Shown piece after piece: positions 1 through 9,532 of a stretch of 64,000 nucleotides of DNA. Under the pieces are notes generated by a model, which saw only the letters and a list, made by a program, of their open reading frames with translations, ran no database searches and was not told the DNA's origin. Origin of the DNA: Parcubacteria group bacterium GW2011_GWA2_40_23. GTDB taxonomy: Bacteria > Patescibacteriota > Patescibacteriia > UBA11705 > JABHMO01. The stretch covers positions 10,860 to 74,859 of the forward strand of contig LBYP01000004.1 of the NCBI GenBank assembly GCA_000996245.1, given 5' to 3'. The number at the start of each line of letters is the position of its first letter. Position 1 is the first letter of the stretch. Position numbers and translations under genes: made by a program.

Positions 1-313
1 TTTGTAATTCTGGGATGTCTGATTCTGTATAAACGAAGTCAGCTCCAGCTTCTTTGGCTTCTTTAGCTTTGTCTTCTGTGACAAAGGCAGCCACGATTTT
101 TGATTTACCAAAACTATGTGGCAAAACAACAGTACTACGAACTTGTTGGTCTCCTTTTTTAGGATCAATACCAAGTTTTAAATGAAGCTCAACTGTTTCA
201 TCAAACTTTTTTGATGCCAAAGTTCGAGCTAAAGTAAGAGCTTCAGCAATAGGGTAGAGTTTCTTAGCGTCAATCTTGGCAGATTGTTTTTTAATTCTTT
301 TTGATTGTGCCAT
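1..313 (-). CDS. rplA: 50S ribosomal protein L1 (5' part of gene; N-terminal ~104 aa, runs off window)
   Basis: Manual reverse translation from the ATG at 313..311 gives MAQSKRIKKQSAKIDAKKLYPIAEALTLARTLASKKFDETVELHLKLGIDPKKGDQQVRSTVVLPHSFGK..., typical of L1. It lies downstream of rplK as in the conserved rplKA arrangement. Confidence 0.85.
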   Translation of the reverse strand, partial: MAQSKRIKKQSAKIDAKKLYPIAEALTLARTLASKKFDETVELHLKLGIDPKKGDQQVRSTVVLPHSFGKSKIVAAFVTEDKAKEAKEAGADFVYTESDIPELQ

Positions 314-441
314 ATAAAAATAAAGGGTACACGACCCTTTGTTTATCCTAAATAACTTAGGAGAAACATAAGCCGTGGTGGTAACGTCTGTTCGCCAAAG
401 GCGAACTGGACTCCCACAACATTATGAATAATAATTTTGAA

Positions 442-864
442 TTACTTTACTTCTACGCCCATTTGTCTGGCCGTTCCAGCAATAGTCTTCATGGCTTGTT
501 CAATATTTGTTGTATTTAAGTCAGGAAGTTTAGTTTCAGCGATTTGGCGTAATTGATCTTTTGTTATTGAACCAACTTTTTCTGTTAAAGGATTTTTAGC
601 ACCGGCTTTGATGCCAGCAGCTTTTTTGATGAGCTCAGAAGCTGGAGCTGTCTTCATGATGAAGTCGAAACTGCGATCTTCGTAAACAGTAATAACTACT
701 GGAACAATGTCGCCACCTTTGTCTTTGGTAGCTTCGTTAAAACGATTGCAGAAATCTTGAATTGCGACACCATGTTGACCTAGGGCAGGTCCAATAGGTG
801 GAGCTGGGGTAGCTTTGCCACCAGCAATTTGGAGCTTAATCTGGACTTTAATTTTCTTAGCCAT
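442..864 (-). CDS. rplK: 50S ribosomal protein L11
   Basis: ORF 442..876 translates [48 protein letters not shown]..., a canonical L11 N-terminus. The likely start is the internal ATG at 864 (MAKK). Confidence 0.9.
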   Translation of the reverse strand: MAKKIKVQIKLQIAGGKATPAPPIGPALGQHGVAIQDFCNRFNEATKDKGGDIVPVVITVYEDRSFDFIMKTAPASELIKKAAGIKAGAKNPLTEKVGSITKDQLRQIAETKLPDLNTTNIEQAMKTIAGTARQMGVEVK

Positions 865-936
865 ACTTCTTAACAAGCGCCCGGGTATCTAATCGAATAA
901 ATTTATTTGATTAAAATCTGAGCAACTTAAGTTATA

Positions 937-1482
937 TTATAATTTGGTAACTTGTAAATAATCTAATTCAATAGGGGTCTCACGACCAAACATGGAAACA
1001 AGAACTTTAACTTTTCCACGTTCTTCGTCAATGGCCGAAATTTTTCCTTCAAAGTTTTTGAAAGGGCCATCCACAATTTTAACTGGTGCGTCAACTGTAA
1101 CATCAATAGTATATTTAGGTTCATCAACGCCCATGCGTTTTTGTAAATCTTTCATTTCTTTTTCAGAAATTGGAGTTGGGACTGTGCCTGTGCCAATAAA
1201 ACCAGTAACGTTTGGTGTGTTGCGAACAACATACCAAGAATCATCAGTCACTAACATTTCAATAAAGACATAGCCAGGAAATATCTTTTCTGTGATGACT
1301 TTTCTTTTGCCGTTCTTAATCTTAATTTTTTTCTCCGTAGGAATCAAAATGTTATAGATTTTATCTTCCATATCCATAGATTCGATACGTTGCTTTAAAT
1401 TCTCGGCTACGTTTTCTTCATAGCCAGAATAGGTATGAATGACATACCAGCGACGTCCACGGTTCGCTACTTGTTTTGGCAT
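937..1482 (-). CDS. nusG: transcription termination/antitermination factor NusG
   Basis: 181 aa. Contains an NGN domain (WYVIHTYSGYEENVAENL) and a KOW region (FEGKISAIDEERGKVKVLVSMFGRETPIELD). Position between secE and rplK matches the conserved order. Confidence 0.9.
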   Translation of the reverse strand: MPKQVANRGRRWYVIHTYSGYEENVAENLKQRIESMDMEDKIYNILIPTEKKIKIKNGKRKVITEKIFPGYVFIEMLVTDDSWYVVRNTPNVTGFIGTGTVPTPISEKEMKDLQKRMGVDEPKYTIDVTVDAPVKIVDGPFKNFEGKISAIDEERGKVKVLVSMFGRETPIELDYLQVTKL

Positions 1483-1491
1483 ATTTTTATT

Positions 1492-1683
1492 TTATATAAA
1501 TAGTCCTAATACCTTTGAAAAGACAAAATCCAAAACACCTAAAAAAGCAGCTGTAAACAAACTAATACCGATAACAATCAAGGTGTGTTTAGTTGTTTCT
1601 TTTCTGGTTGGCCAGGTAACTTTTTTTAATTCAGCCTTAGAAGAGATAATGTACTGAATTAAGCGCATTTCTTTGAAACTCAT
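1492..1683 (-). CDS. secE: preprotein translocase subunit SecE
   Basis: 63 aa with a single C-terminal TM helix (TLIVIGISLFTAAFLGVLDFVF). Sits immediately upstream of nusG as in the secE-nusG-rplKA cluster. Confidence 0.75.
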   Translation of the reverse strand: MSFKEMRLIQYIISSKAELKKVTWPTRKETTKHTLIVIGISLFTAAFLGVLDFVFSKVLGLFI

Positions 1684-1790
1684 ATTTATTAAGTTATAAG
1701 CTAGTAAGCAAGGTAAGTTGTAAGCAAATCTTAGACTGGCTTGTCTCGCTTATCTCGCTTAAAACTTGTTACTAGTTCTATTTGTATTTT

Positions 1791-1813
1791 AAAAAGGCCC
1801 TGTGGCCTATTTA
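1791..1813 (-). terminator. rho-independent terminator downstream of gyrB
   Basis: Minus strand reads GGCCACAGGGCC followed by TTTTT (plus strand aaaaaggccctgtggcctattt). Confidence 0.6.
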
Positions 1814-1883
1814 TGCTAAAATTATAATACAAAAATGCTCAGTTGGCAAGTTTTGCTTAATTTCATCTAAAATAAGCCAAAAT

Positions 1884-3959
1884 TTAAATATCTAAATTCT
1901 TAACATTCTTAGCATGTGCTTGGATAAAGCGTTTACGTGGAACTACGTCCGAGCCCATCAAAATATCGAAAACTTCATCAGCCTTTTCAGCATCTTCAAT
2001 ATTAATTTGTTTCAAGACACGATTGGCTGGATCCATAGTTGTGTCCCAAAGTTGTTCTGGGTTCATTTCTCCCAAACCTTTGTAACGTTGAACATTGAAG
2101 CCTCTAGCTTGAACTTCTGATGTTGTATCTGTGGCTTCTTCCTCGTTTGCTACAGAGTCATCTGTTTCTACGTTGACGATTGGAATTGATGAAAGTTTAT
2201 TGGCTTTGGCATAATCATCAAGTTCTGTTTCGCTGTATAAATATTTTACTTCTTTACCTTTTTGAACGCGGTAAAGGGGTGGTTGAGCTAAATATAAGTG
2301 ACCGTTTTGAATCAATGGTAAAAAATGTCGGTAAAAGAAAGTTAAAAGCAAAGTACTAATATGAGCACCATCAACATCAGCATCAGTCATGATGATGATT
2401 TTATTGTAACGCAATTTTTCGAGTTCAAATTGTTCAGCAAAATTAGTACCAAGTGCAATGATTAATGATTTAACTTCGTTATTGCCTAACATTTTATCGA
2501 ATCGTGCTTTTTCAACGTTAATAATTTTTCCGCGCAAAGGAAGTATGGCTTGGAATTCGCGGTTGCGTCCTTGTTTGGCCGAACCACCAGCAGAGTCTCC
2601 CTCAACAATGTAGAGTTCGCATTTTTCTGCTTCACGAGAAGAACAGTCAGCTAATTTGCCAGGTAAACTTAAACTGTCGAGTACGCCTTTTCGTAAAACA
2701 GTATCGCGAGCAGCCTTAGAAGCCATACGAGCACGAGCAGCAAGGAGAGATTTCCCAATTATATTTTCAGCATCTTTTGGATGTTCTTCTAAATAGATTC
2801 CTAAAGCTTCGGAAAGAACGGCGTCAACAACTGGTTTAACCTCAGCGTTGCCAAGTTTGGCTTTTGTTTGTCCTTCGAATTGTGGATCTTGAACTTTGAT
2901 GCTAATGACAGCAGTTAAGCCTTCGCGGACATCATCGCCACTTAAATTTTCTTCTTTTTCTTTGATTAAATTATTTTTGCGAGCATAACTATTCAAGGTG
3001 CGAGTGAGGGCGGTTCTAAAACCAGCTACATGCATGCCGCCTTCAGGATTGATAATGTTGTTGGTAAAGGCGAGCAAAGTCTCGTCATATTCTTCGACAT
3101 ATTTAATGCCAATTTCGACATTGATATCATTAAGGTTTTTATCAACGTAAAAAATATTGTTGTGGATCATTTTTTGACTTCGGTTTAAGTGGCGAACATA
3201 AGAAGCGATGCCACCTTCAAAATAAAAACCATATTGTTTTGGTTTTTTGTCATTGCGTAAATCAAGGGCAATTAAACGAATTCCTTTTGTGAGATAAGCT
3301 TGTTGTCGTAAGCGAGTTAAAACTTTATCCCAATGATAATCTAAAACAGTAAAGATAGAAGCATCTGGTTGAAAGGTAATAGTCGTGCCGGTTTTGTAAG
3401 CTTCTTCGGGTTTTAAAGGATCTATTTTTTTAGGGCGAACAATATTGCCGAGCTCTTTTACTTTTTTTAAAGGGTTACCACAACTATATTCTTGCATGTA
3501 CTTTTTGCCATCACGACGGACATCAGCGCGAAGATAGCTCGATAATGCATTTACCACGGAAACACCCACGCCATGCAAACCACCGGAAACTTTATAGCCG
3601 CCTTCACCGAATTTACCACCAGCATGAAGTTTTGTTAAAACAGTTTCCAAGGCTGAGACCTTAGTGGTTTTGTGCATATCAACTGGGATGCCGCGACCAT
3701 TATCACAAACTTGAATAACATTGTCTGGTAAAATTTTTACGATAATTTCATTACAGTGTCCGGCCATGGCTTCGTCGATGGAGTTGTCAACCACTTCCCA
3801 AAGTAAATGATGCAAACCTTCGCTAGCAGTATTACCAATGTACATGCCAGGTCGTTTTCTAACAGGAGCTAAGCCTTCCAAAACAGTTATTTGTTCGGCG
3901 CCATAAGCGTTAGGATCCTTAGCTTTTGGAGACTTGCTTTTCGATTCAGAATTTTTCAT
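1884..3959 (-). CDS. gyrB: DNA gyrase subunit B (type IIA topoisomerase ATPase subunit)
   Basis: 691 aa. GHKL ATPase motifs (EVVDNSIDEAMAG, GLHGVGVSVVNALS), a Toprim domain (YIVEGDSAGGSAKQGR) and a C-terminal GyrB tail. ParE cannot be fully excluded. Confidence 0.85.
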   Translation of the reverse strand: MKNSESKSKSPKAKDPNAYGAEQITVLEGLAPVRKRPGMYIGNTASEGLHHLLWEVVDNSIDEAMAGHCNEIIVKILPDNVIQVCDNGRGIPVDMHKTTKVSALETVLTKLHAGGKFGEGGYKVSGGLHGVGVSVVNALSSYLRADVRRDGKKYMQEYSCGNPLKKVKELGNIVRPKKIDPLKPEEAYKTGTTITFQPDASIFTVLDYHWDKVLTRLRQQAYLTKGIRLIALDLRNDKKPKQYGFYFEGGIASYVRHLNRSQKMIHNNIFYVDKNLNDINVEIGIKYVEEYDETLLAFTNNIINPEGGMHVAGFRTALTRTLNSYARKNNLIKEKEENLSGDDVREGLTAVISIKVQDPQFEGQTKAKLGNAEVKPVVDAVLSEALGIYLEEHPKDAENIIGKSLLAARARMASKAARDTVLRKGVLDSLSLPGKLADCSSREAEKCELYIVEGDSAGGSAKQGRNREFQAILPLRGKIINVEKARFDKMLGNNEVKSLIIALGTNFAEQFELEKLRYNKIIIMTDADVDGAHISTLLLTFFYRHFLPLIQNGHLYLAQPPLYRVQKGKEVKYLYSETELDDYAKANKLSSIPIVNVETDDSVANEEEATDTTSEVQARGFNVQRYKGLGEMNPEQLWDTTMDPANRVLKQINIEDAEKADEVFDILMGSDVVPRKRFIQAHAKNVKNLDI

Positions 3960-4239
3960 AATAAAAATATTTTTAATACAAGTCTATTTTAGCACGAAAA
4001 AATAAGAAAGTGAAGGGTTTTTGGGTATAAGATTTAGGCAAAGTTTACAGAATGTGGTATAGTAAACAAGTAAACAATCAATCAACCCAGTACTATAAAG
4101 TGTGCCCTTTAAGTGCTGGGCAAGTAAAACAAAAAAACAAGAAAACAAAAGAGCAATTTACTCGGGGTAAGTATAATGGGTTAAGGTATAAGGGTTCTCC
4201 TTCCCTTAATACTTATCCCTTTGCCCTTGATACAAAAAT

Positions 4240-5124
4240 ATGCCTAACAACATTTACAACAATTTAAGTGAAAAGGAACTGAAATATAGTTATTGGTATG
4301 TGACTCATCGTGTCTTATTAAGAAAACTAGGAATTTTAACATTGGCGGTTCTGGTTGGTGCTCTCTTGGTTTACGGCGTGGTTTTGATTTCTGGTTATTA
4401 TATAAAGGATACAGGAGACACTCAGGCCCTGGCGAACCGGTTGTCGCAAGATAAATTGAATTTAGCTCTTTTAGCTGAGTCTAATAAACCACAAGATTTG
4501 TCGCTTGGAGAAACAAGGGTTTTGCGTGGGAACAAGGGTGCCGTAGATTTTATCACTGAAATTGTTAACCCTAATGTCCAGTGGGCGGTAGAGTCATTAG
4601 AATATTATTATTTGATTGGAGAAGAAAAAACAGAATTAGAACAAGGGTATATTTTACCTGGACAAACAAAATATTTATTACATTTTAATTATCCTTCAGC
4701 AAGCACTAGTGTTTCTGTACGTTTAGTCTTGGAAAAGATTAATTGGAAAAAAGTAGTTGATTTTGTGTCCATGCAAGAAAAAACTATTGATTTTGAAATT
4801 AAGAATGCGAAGATAACGACAGTTGTTAAGCCAAGCGCCGAAGCCCCCGAGAGCGTCACTAATCTTTCATTTGATGTCTTCAATAAATCACCTTATAGTT
4901 TTTGGGAACCACGGTTTGTAATTCTTTTGGAGCGTAGTGGTCAGCTAGTTGCTGTGGCCGAAACGCAACTCAGCTCCTTGGCTTCTAATGAAAAGAAAAC
5001 AGAAAGCCTCAATTTATTCCAAAATTTGTCAGTTTCAACTCAGATAACGATAATCCCAGATATCAATATTTTGGATCCAGGTGTTTTTAAAGGGTTTGAT
5101 GCTGGCTCAGGAGAAATTAAATAG
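4240..5124 (+). CDS. hypothetical membrane-anchored protein
   Basis: 294 aa ORF with an N-terminal TM helix (ILTLAVLVGALLVYGVVLISGYY). No recognisable family. Confidence 0.5.
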   Translation: MPNNIYNNLSEKELKYSYWYVTHRVLLRKLGILTLAVLVGALLVYGVVLISGYYIKDTGDTQALANRLSQDKLNLALLAESNKPQDLSLGETRVLRGNKGAVDFITEIVNPNVQWAVESLEYYYLIGEEKTELEQGYILPGQTKYLLHFNYPSASTSVSVRLVLEKINWKKVVDFVSMQEKTIDFEIKNAKITTVVKPSAEAPESVTNLSFDVFNKSPYSFWEPRFVILLERSGQLVAVAETQLSSLASNEKKTESLNLFQNLSVSTQITIIPDINILDPGVFKGFDAGSGEIK

Positions 5125-5174
5125 CTATACAATTTTGGAAAAATAATTTAAGATAGAGCTAATCTCTATCTTTT

Positions 5175-6263
5175 ATGTTAAGAAACATTGTTAATAATTT
5201 TAGACGGCTTGATTGGGTGCTCATTGCAGCCGCCTTTTTATTGTTTTGTTTAGGCTTGGCGGCAATTTACAGTGTTGATTTGGGTAAGGAACAAGGCGGC
5301 AATTTTGAGAAACAAATTCTTTTTGGAGTAATTGGTTTTTTACTGATGTTCATCTTTGCTTCAATTAATTATTCTGGTTGGCGTGTTTCTGGGCGATCGT
5401 TGTATGTGGGAACCCTCACCCTTTTATTTGCGGTTTTGTTTTTTGGTTCAACCATTCGCGGAACACGCGGTTGGTTTAATTTTTTCGGTTTAGGCATTCA
5501 ACCAGCAGAATTGGCTAAAGTGGTTTTGATTATTTTATTGGCTAAATTTTTTAGCAATCGTTTGCAACAATTCCGTGTTGGAAAGCATATTATATTTAGT
5601 TTTATATTAACTTTAATATTTGTTATCCCCGTTTTTTTGCAACCAGATTTGGGTTCAGCAGCTATATTACTGGGGATCTGGTTTATTCTATTATTGATTA
5701 CAGGAGTCCCTAAAAAATATTTAATTGTTCTTGTTTTAATATTTGTAATGGTCGCTTGCGTGGCCTGGGTCTTCTTTTTAGCTGATTATCAAAAAGAACG
5801 TATCGGCACTTTTTTAAATCCAACAGCTGACCCGTTAGGCAGTGGTTATAATGTTTCTCAATCAATAATTGGTATTGGTTCGGGGTATTTTTGGGGTAGA
5901 GGTTTGGGGTTTGGGTCTCAAAGTCAATTGAAATTCATTCCAGAAAGTCAGACTGATTTTATTTTTGCAGTAATTGCTGAAGAGCTTGGGTTTTTGGGTG
6001 TAGTGATGGTGTTAGGGCTCTTTGCAATCATATTTTATCGTTTAGTTGTGATTGCGCGAAAGGCCCATGATGATTTTGGCCTCTATCTGGTTTTAGGCAT
6101 CGTGGCAGTCATTTTTTTGCATATGTTTATTAACATTGGTATGAATATGGGGATCATGCCTGTTACGGGTATTTCGCTGCCTTTTTTGAGCTATGGTGGT
6201 AGCTTCCTGCTTATTTGTTTAATTATGATTGGGGTGGCAGAAAGTGTGGCTGTACGGCGGTAA
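5175..6263 (+). CDS. SEDS-family peptidoglycan glycosyltransferase (FtsW/RodA)
   Basis: 362 aa polytopic membrane protein with a SEDS-like conserved block (GSGYNVSQSIIGIGSGYFWGRGLGFGSQSQLKFIPESQTDFIFAVIAEELGFLG). Confidence 0.85.
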   Translation: MLRNIVNNFRRLDWVLIAAAFLLFCLGLAAIYSVDLGKEQGGNFEKQILFGVIGFLLMFIFASINYSGWRVSGRSLYVGTLTLLFAVLFFGSTIRGTRGWFNFFGLGIQPAELAKVVLIILLAKFFSNRLQQFRVGKHIIFSFILTLIFVIPVFLQPDLGSAAILLGIWFILLLITGVPKKYLIVLVLIFVMVACVAWVFFLADYQKERIGTFLNPTADPLGSGYNVSQSIIGIGSGYFWGRGLGFGSQSQLKFIPESQTDFIFAVIAEELGFLGVVMVLGLFAIIFYRLVVIARKAHDDFGLYLVLGIVAVIFLHMFINIGMNMGIMPVTGISLPFLSYGGSFLLICLIMIGVAESVAVRR

Positions 6264-6271
6264 TATATGGG

Positions 6272-6308
6272 GCTTGCCCCGAACCTGAGAGTAACGAATG
6301 GTTCGGGG
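6272..6308. repeat. GC-rich hairpin element GCTTGCCCCGAAC..GTTCGGGG (copy 1 of 2)
   Basis: ccccgaacc(6277-6285) pairs with ggttcgggg(6300-6308). It shares the prefix ggcttgccccgaac with the copy at 14579-14618. Likely the ftsW terminator. Confidence 0.5.
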
Positions 6309-6337
6309 TTGACTAAAATTGCATCTTTTGTTATAAT
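6309..6337 (+). promoter_or_regulatory. sigma70-type promoter upstream of rplY (TTGACT-17-TATAAT)
   Basis: TTGACT at 6309-6314, a 17-nt spacer, then TATAAT at 6332-6337; about 35 nt upstream of the rplY ATG. Confidence 0.55.
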
Positions 6338-6370
6338 CTCATTCGAAATAAGAAACTAATATTTTCGTAT

Positions 6371-7039
6371 ATGATTTACGACTTTCAGGCAACAATTAGA
6401 AAAGAATTAAAAAAGAATGTTCAAGCCTTACGCGATCAGGGAATTGTCCCTGGTGTTGTCTATGGCCCAGAGTTAAAAGAGAACATTAATGTGGCTTTAG
6501 ACTTAGTTAAACTTGAAAAAATATTTAATGAAGCCGGAGAAAACTCACTAATCAATCTTCAGTTAGAAGGTGAAAAAGAAACACGCGAAGTTTTGATTAA
6601 AGACATTAATTTTGAACCAGTTACACACCGAATTGCGCACGTTGATTTTTATCAGATTAAGAAGGGCGAAAAATTGGAAATTGAACCAGAGTTGTCCTTT
6701 GTAGGTATAGCGCCAGCCGTAAAAGAACTTGGCGGTATCTTGATCAAGAGTTTAGCTAAGATTGAAATTCGTTGTTTACCAAAAGATATGATTTCACATA
6801 TCGAAGTGGACTTAACAACTTTAAAGAATTTTGGAGATAAGATTTTAGTTCGTGACTTAAAAGTTCCAGCAGATGTTGAGGTATTAACTGATTTAGAAGA
6901 AACGGTCGTTGTTATCGCGGCGCCAAGAGAAGAAGAAGTAGCTGCTCCAGTAGCTGAAGTAAAAGAACCTGAGGTTGTTGGTAAGAAAGAAGCTCCAGCC
7001 GATGCTCCAGCCGAAGGCGACAAAGCTGCCAAAAAATAA
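6371..7039 (+). CDS. rplY: 50S ribosomal protein L25 / general stress protein Ctc
   Basis: 222 aa. N-terminus MIYDFQATIRKELKKNVQALRDQGIVPGVVYG is typical of L25/Ctc. Has a C-terminal Ala/Pro/Glu/Lys-rich low-complexity tail. Confidence 0.85.
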   Translation: MIYDFQATIRKELKKNVQALRDQGIVPGVVYGPELKENINVALDLVKLEKIFNEAGENSLINLQLEGEKETREVLIKDINFEPVTHRIAHVDFYQIKKGEKLEIEPELSFVGIAPAVKELGGILIKSLAKIEIRCLPKDMISHIEVDLTTLKNFGDKILVRDLKVPADVEVLTDLEETVVVIAAPREEEVAAPVAEVKEPEVVGKKEAPADAPAEGDKAAKK

Positions 7040-7100
7040 TAATTTGCTTTCCCTTAAAAAGTGCCCTATATTGATAAAGTATTAAGGGCACTTTTCTTTT

Positions 7101-8141
7101 ATGCTGAAAATTAAAAAACAAAGAATTAACTTTATCGTTTTAATAATTGTTCTTGCGTTTTTATTAATGGGGACGATTGTTATTGTTATTAGAAATGAAC
7201 GAACTTTAAACATCCCTGTTAAAAATTCTGACACGGTTGAGCTAGAAATACCGAAAGTTTGCGAGAAAATTAGAAAAATTGATGGGCGTTGCATCACTCA
7301 AGATGAGGTTGGTGTTGTTGGTGTGATGATAGATAATCATGTCGGCGCGCGACCACCAGCTGGTTTAAGCCAGGCGAGCTTGGTTTATGAAACAATCGTT
7401 GAAAGCCCCATTACGCGTTTCCTGGCTATTTTTTCTTTGGATGAAAATGTGGAAAAAATTGGGCCAGTGCGTTCAGCACGACCTTTTTATGTTGATTGGG
7501 TTAAAGAGTTTAATGGTGTTTATGCACATGTAGGCGGAAGTAATGCGGCCATAGAGAATTTGAATGCTACTTATGATTTTAATTTCGACGAATTTTACAA
7601 TGGTGCATATTTTTATCGTGATAATTATCGCAGCACTCCACACAATGTTTTTACTTCAAGCGAGTTAATTAAGAAGGCGATTGAGGATAAAAAGTGGGAT
7701 GTGAAAAGTTCTTTTGAAAGCTGGAAGTTCCATCCAGATTCATTGGTAGACGGGAATGTTCTTGGAATTGAAGTGGATTTTAAAACGTACGACTTTTTAG
7801 TCCGATGGGAATATGATGTTACTCAGAAAAACTATGTTCGGTATGAGGGACATGAAATTCATTCTGAAAAAGATGGTACAGAAATTCGTGCCTCAAATGT
7901 AGTAATTATGTATACAGAAAGCTCTATCATCGATAATTATGGTCGTCGGGATACTCGCACTCTGGGTTCAGGCCAAGCACTAGTTTTTCAAAACGGACAG
8001 GTTATTGAAGGTTTGTGGAAGAGAGAGAAGCTAATAGATCGTACAAAATTTTATAATCAAGCAGGCGAGGAAATTTCCTTTTATGTCGGCACGACATGGA
8101 TTGAGGTTGTTACTGCGGAAACAGCTAAGGTAAAATATTAA
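7101..8141 (+). CDS. membrane-anchored protein resembling the DUF3048 (YerB-like) family
   Basis: 346 aa with an N-terminal TM helix. The block VMIDNHVGARPPAGLSQASLVYETIVESPITRFLAIFS resembles the DUF3048 conserved core; the family assignment is from memory. Confidence 0.45.
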   Translation: MLKIKKQRINFIVLIIVLAFLLMGTIVIVIRNERTLNIPVKNSDTVELEIPKVCEKIRKIDGRCITQDEVGVVGVMIDNHVGARPPAGLSQASLVYETIVESPITRFLAIFSLDENVEKIGPVRSARPFYVDWVKEFNGVYAHVGGSNAAIENLNATYDFNFDEFYNGAYFYRDNYRSTPHNVFTSSELIKKAIEDKKWDVKSSFESWKFHPDSLVDGNVLGIEVDFKTYDFLVRWEYDVTQKNYVRYEGHEIHSEKDGTEIRASNVVIMYTESSIIDNYGRRDTRTLGSGQALVFQNGQVIEGLWKREKLIDRTKFYNQAGEEISFYVGTTWIEVVTAETAKVKY

Positions 8142-8142
8142 T

Positions 8143-8862
8143 ATGCAAATCAACAAACAAACAATATTTACTTTTCTGATCATTCTGGTTTTTGGTTCCG
8201 GTTTATCTATTTATGTTTGGAACAAAATTCAGGGGCGTGATTTGGCGCAACCACCGAACTTTGATCTTTCGGCGTATAACAATTTTGAATTAAATGCAGA
8301 AATAGATAAAAGAGCCAATAAAGAATTACAAAAGCTACTGGCTGCTAAAGCGCAACCGGAAGTTGTTCAGCCTGAGATCGCAGTGGTCGAGACTCAAAAG
8401 CTGGAAACTGATTTTGAGCCAGGCTATATTTATTTTAGAAATTCTTTTGGTTCAACTAGTGTTACAGAAACAAACAGTTTAATAAAAAGTTTCCTCAAAG
8501 ATTTCCCTGAATTAAAAGACGCTATCATCGATAATTTTGAAACTCAGTTGAAGACGAAGGTTGAAATACCCGCGTTGGGACGAGAAGATTTGTTAAAAAA
8601 TATTAAGATTGAGTCAGAGGTGTTGAACGTCGAGGTTGTTGAAGCCCCAATATGGCAGGTTGTATTTAAAGAAGGCAAAATTGAAAGCGAAATAGCTGAG
8701 TTTTTCAAAAGATTTCCAGATATTAAAATTCAGCCAGCCGAACCTAAAATCACAATTGAAAATTATGTTGCCCGAATAAAAATTTCTGATTTGAAGTTAG
8801 AACAAGTTTTACTTGATAAACTACAAAAAGAATATTCAGATGTTTTAAAAGTATCTCTTTAA
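8143..8862 (+). CDS. hypothetical membrane-anchored protein
   Basis: 239 aa with an N-terminal TM helix (IFTFLIILVFGSGLSIYVW). Tightly follows the upstream gene. Confidence 0.45.
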   Translation: MQINKQTIFTFLIILVFGSGLSIYVWNKIQGRDLAQPPNFDLSAYNNFELNAEIDKRANKELQKLLAAKAQPEVVQPEIAVVETQKLETDFEPGYIYFRNSFGSTSVTETNSLIKSFLKDFPELKDAIIDNFETQLKTKVEIPALGREDLLKNIKIESEVLNVEVVEAPIWQVVFKEGKIESEIAEFFKRFPDIKIQPAEPKITIENYVARIKISDLKLEQVLLDKLQKEYSDVLKVSL

Positions 8863-8863
8863 T

Positions 8864-9440
8864 ATGCAAATAGGTTTTTCAACAGCAGACTTGTATGAAC
8901 ATCCCAATCAATTGTCTCTGGATATTTTAGACAAGCAAATTAGTTTAGGGGCTTCAGTCATCGATTGATAAAGCTATTCTGGCTGAGTTGATTGCCATCC
9001 AAAAGAAGTTCAACTTTGAATACATTAATTTCCATCCTGATAAAATTACGGACTTCAATGTTTTAGTCGAATCTGGTTTGCCGGTTTGTATGGAGAATAT
9101 GGACAGCCGCAAGTTGGCTTTTCGTTCTGTCGAAGATATGCAGAAAATTTTAGATCAATATCCTTTTGGTATGGTTTTAGATCTTAATCACTGCTATTCG
9201 AATGGGGGGAATATGGATTTGGTAAATGAATTCTGGAATAAGTTTGAAAAGAGAATCAAGTATTTTCATCTAAGTGGTTTTACAACTTTGCACGACCCGC
9301 TTTATAAAACAAAACAAAATCAATTGGTTGATTTTGTGGAGAGTAAAAGTGTGCCTGTAATTATTGAGAGTATGTTAGAGAATGTAGTAGAGATGGAAAC
9401 AGAGTGGCATTATATCATGGATAATTTGACGGATGTTTAA
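8864..9440 (+). pseudogene. possible frameshifted gene: 34-codon ORF (8864..8968) plus a +1-frame ORF (open from 8949, TTG 8988..9440); TIM-barrel-like hypothetical
   Basis: MQIGFSTADLYEHPNQLSLDILDKQISLGASVID stops at TGA 8966-8968. A different frame is open from 8949 and continues for 150 aa (…IAIQKKFNFEYINFHPDKI…YFHLSGFTTLHDPL). The N-terminus resembles sugar-phosphate isomerase/epimerase TIM-barrel starts. The two frames overlap at 8949-8968. Confidence 0.35.
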
Positions 9441-9470
9441 AGCGATATTATCGTTAAGCGTGGATAGCTT
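9436..9470 (+). repeat. direct repeat flanking the R-M cassette (left copy; duplicate of the prmC 3' end)
   Basis: tttaaagcgatattatcgttaagcgtggatagctt matches 11605-11640 (tttaaagggatattatcgtcaggcgtggatgacta) at about 85% over roughly 35 bp. Confidence 0.6.
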
Positions 9471-9532
9471 GTTCCTTTTCTTTTTTCGACTGAGGGGGTA
9501 CACTTTTCTATATATACAAATATAAAGTTAAT

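Noticed and set aside
1684-1883. Looked for the tRNA-Trp that often precedes secE, and for other tRNAs.
   Set aside because: No cloverleaf could be folded. Only a terminator hairpin and a short tandem repeat (tctcgctta x2, 1743-1760) are present.
6652-7121. Minus-strand ORFs 6652..7032 and 6912..7121 antisense to rplY.
   Set aside because: Low-complexity Ser/Ala-rich translations antisense to the Ala/Glu/Lys-rich tail of L25, which is a typical artefact.
8966-8968. Considered whether TGA might be a sense codon (genetic code 25, as in some CPR lineages).
   Set aside because: Recounting showed the two ORFs here are in different frames, so this is a frameshift and not an in-frame TGA. Long housekeeping genes (gyrB, pheT, dnaX) are intact under the standard code, and at least one gene (RT, 18858-18860) ends at TGA where expected.
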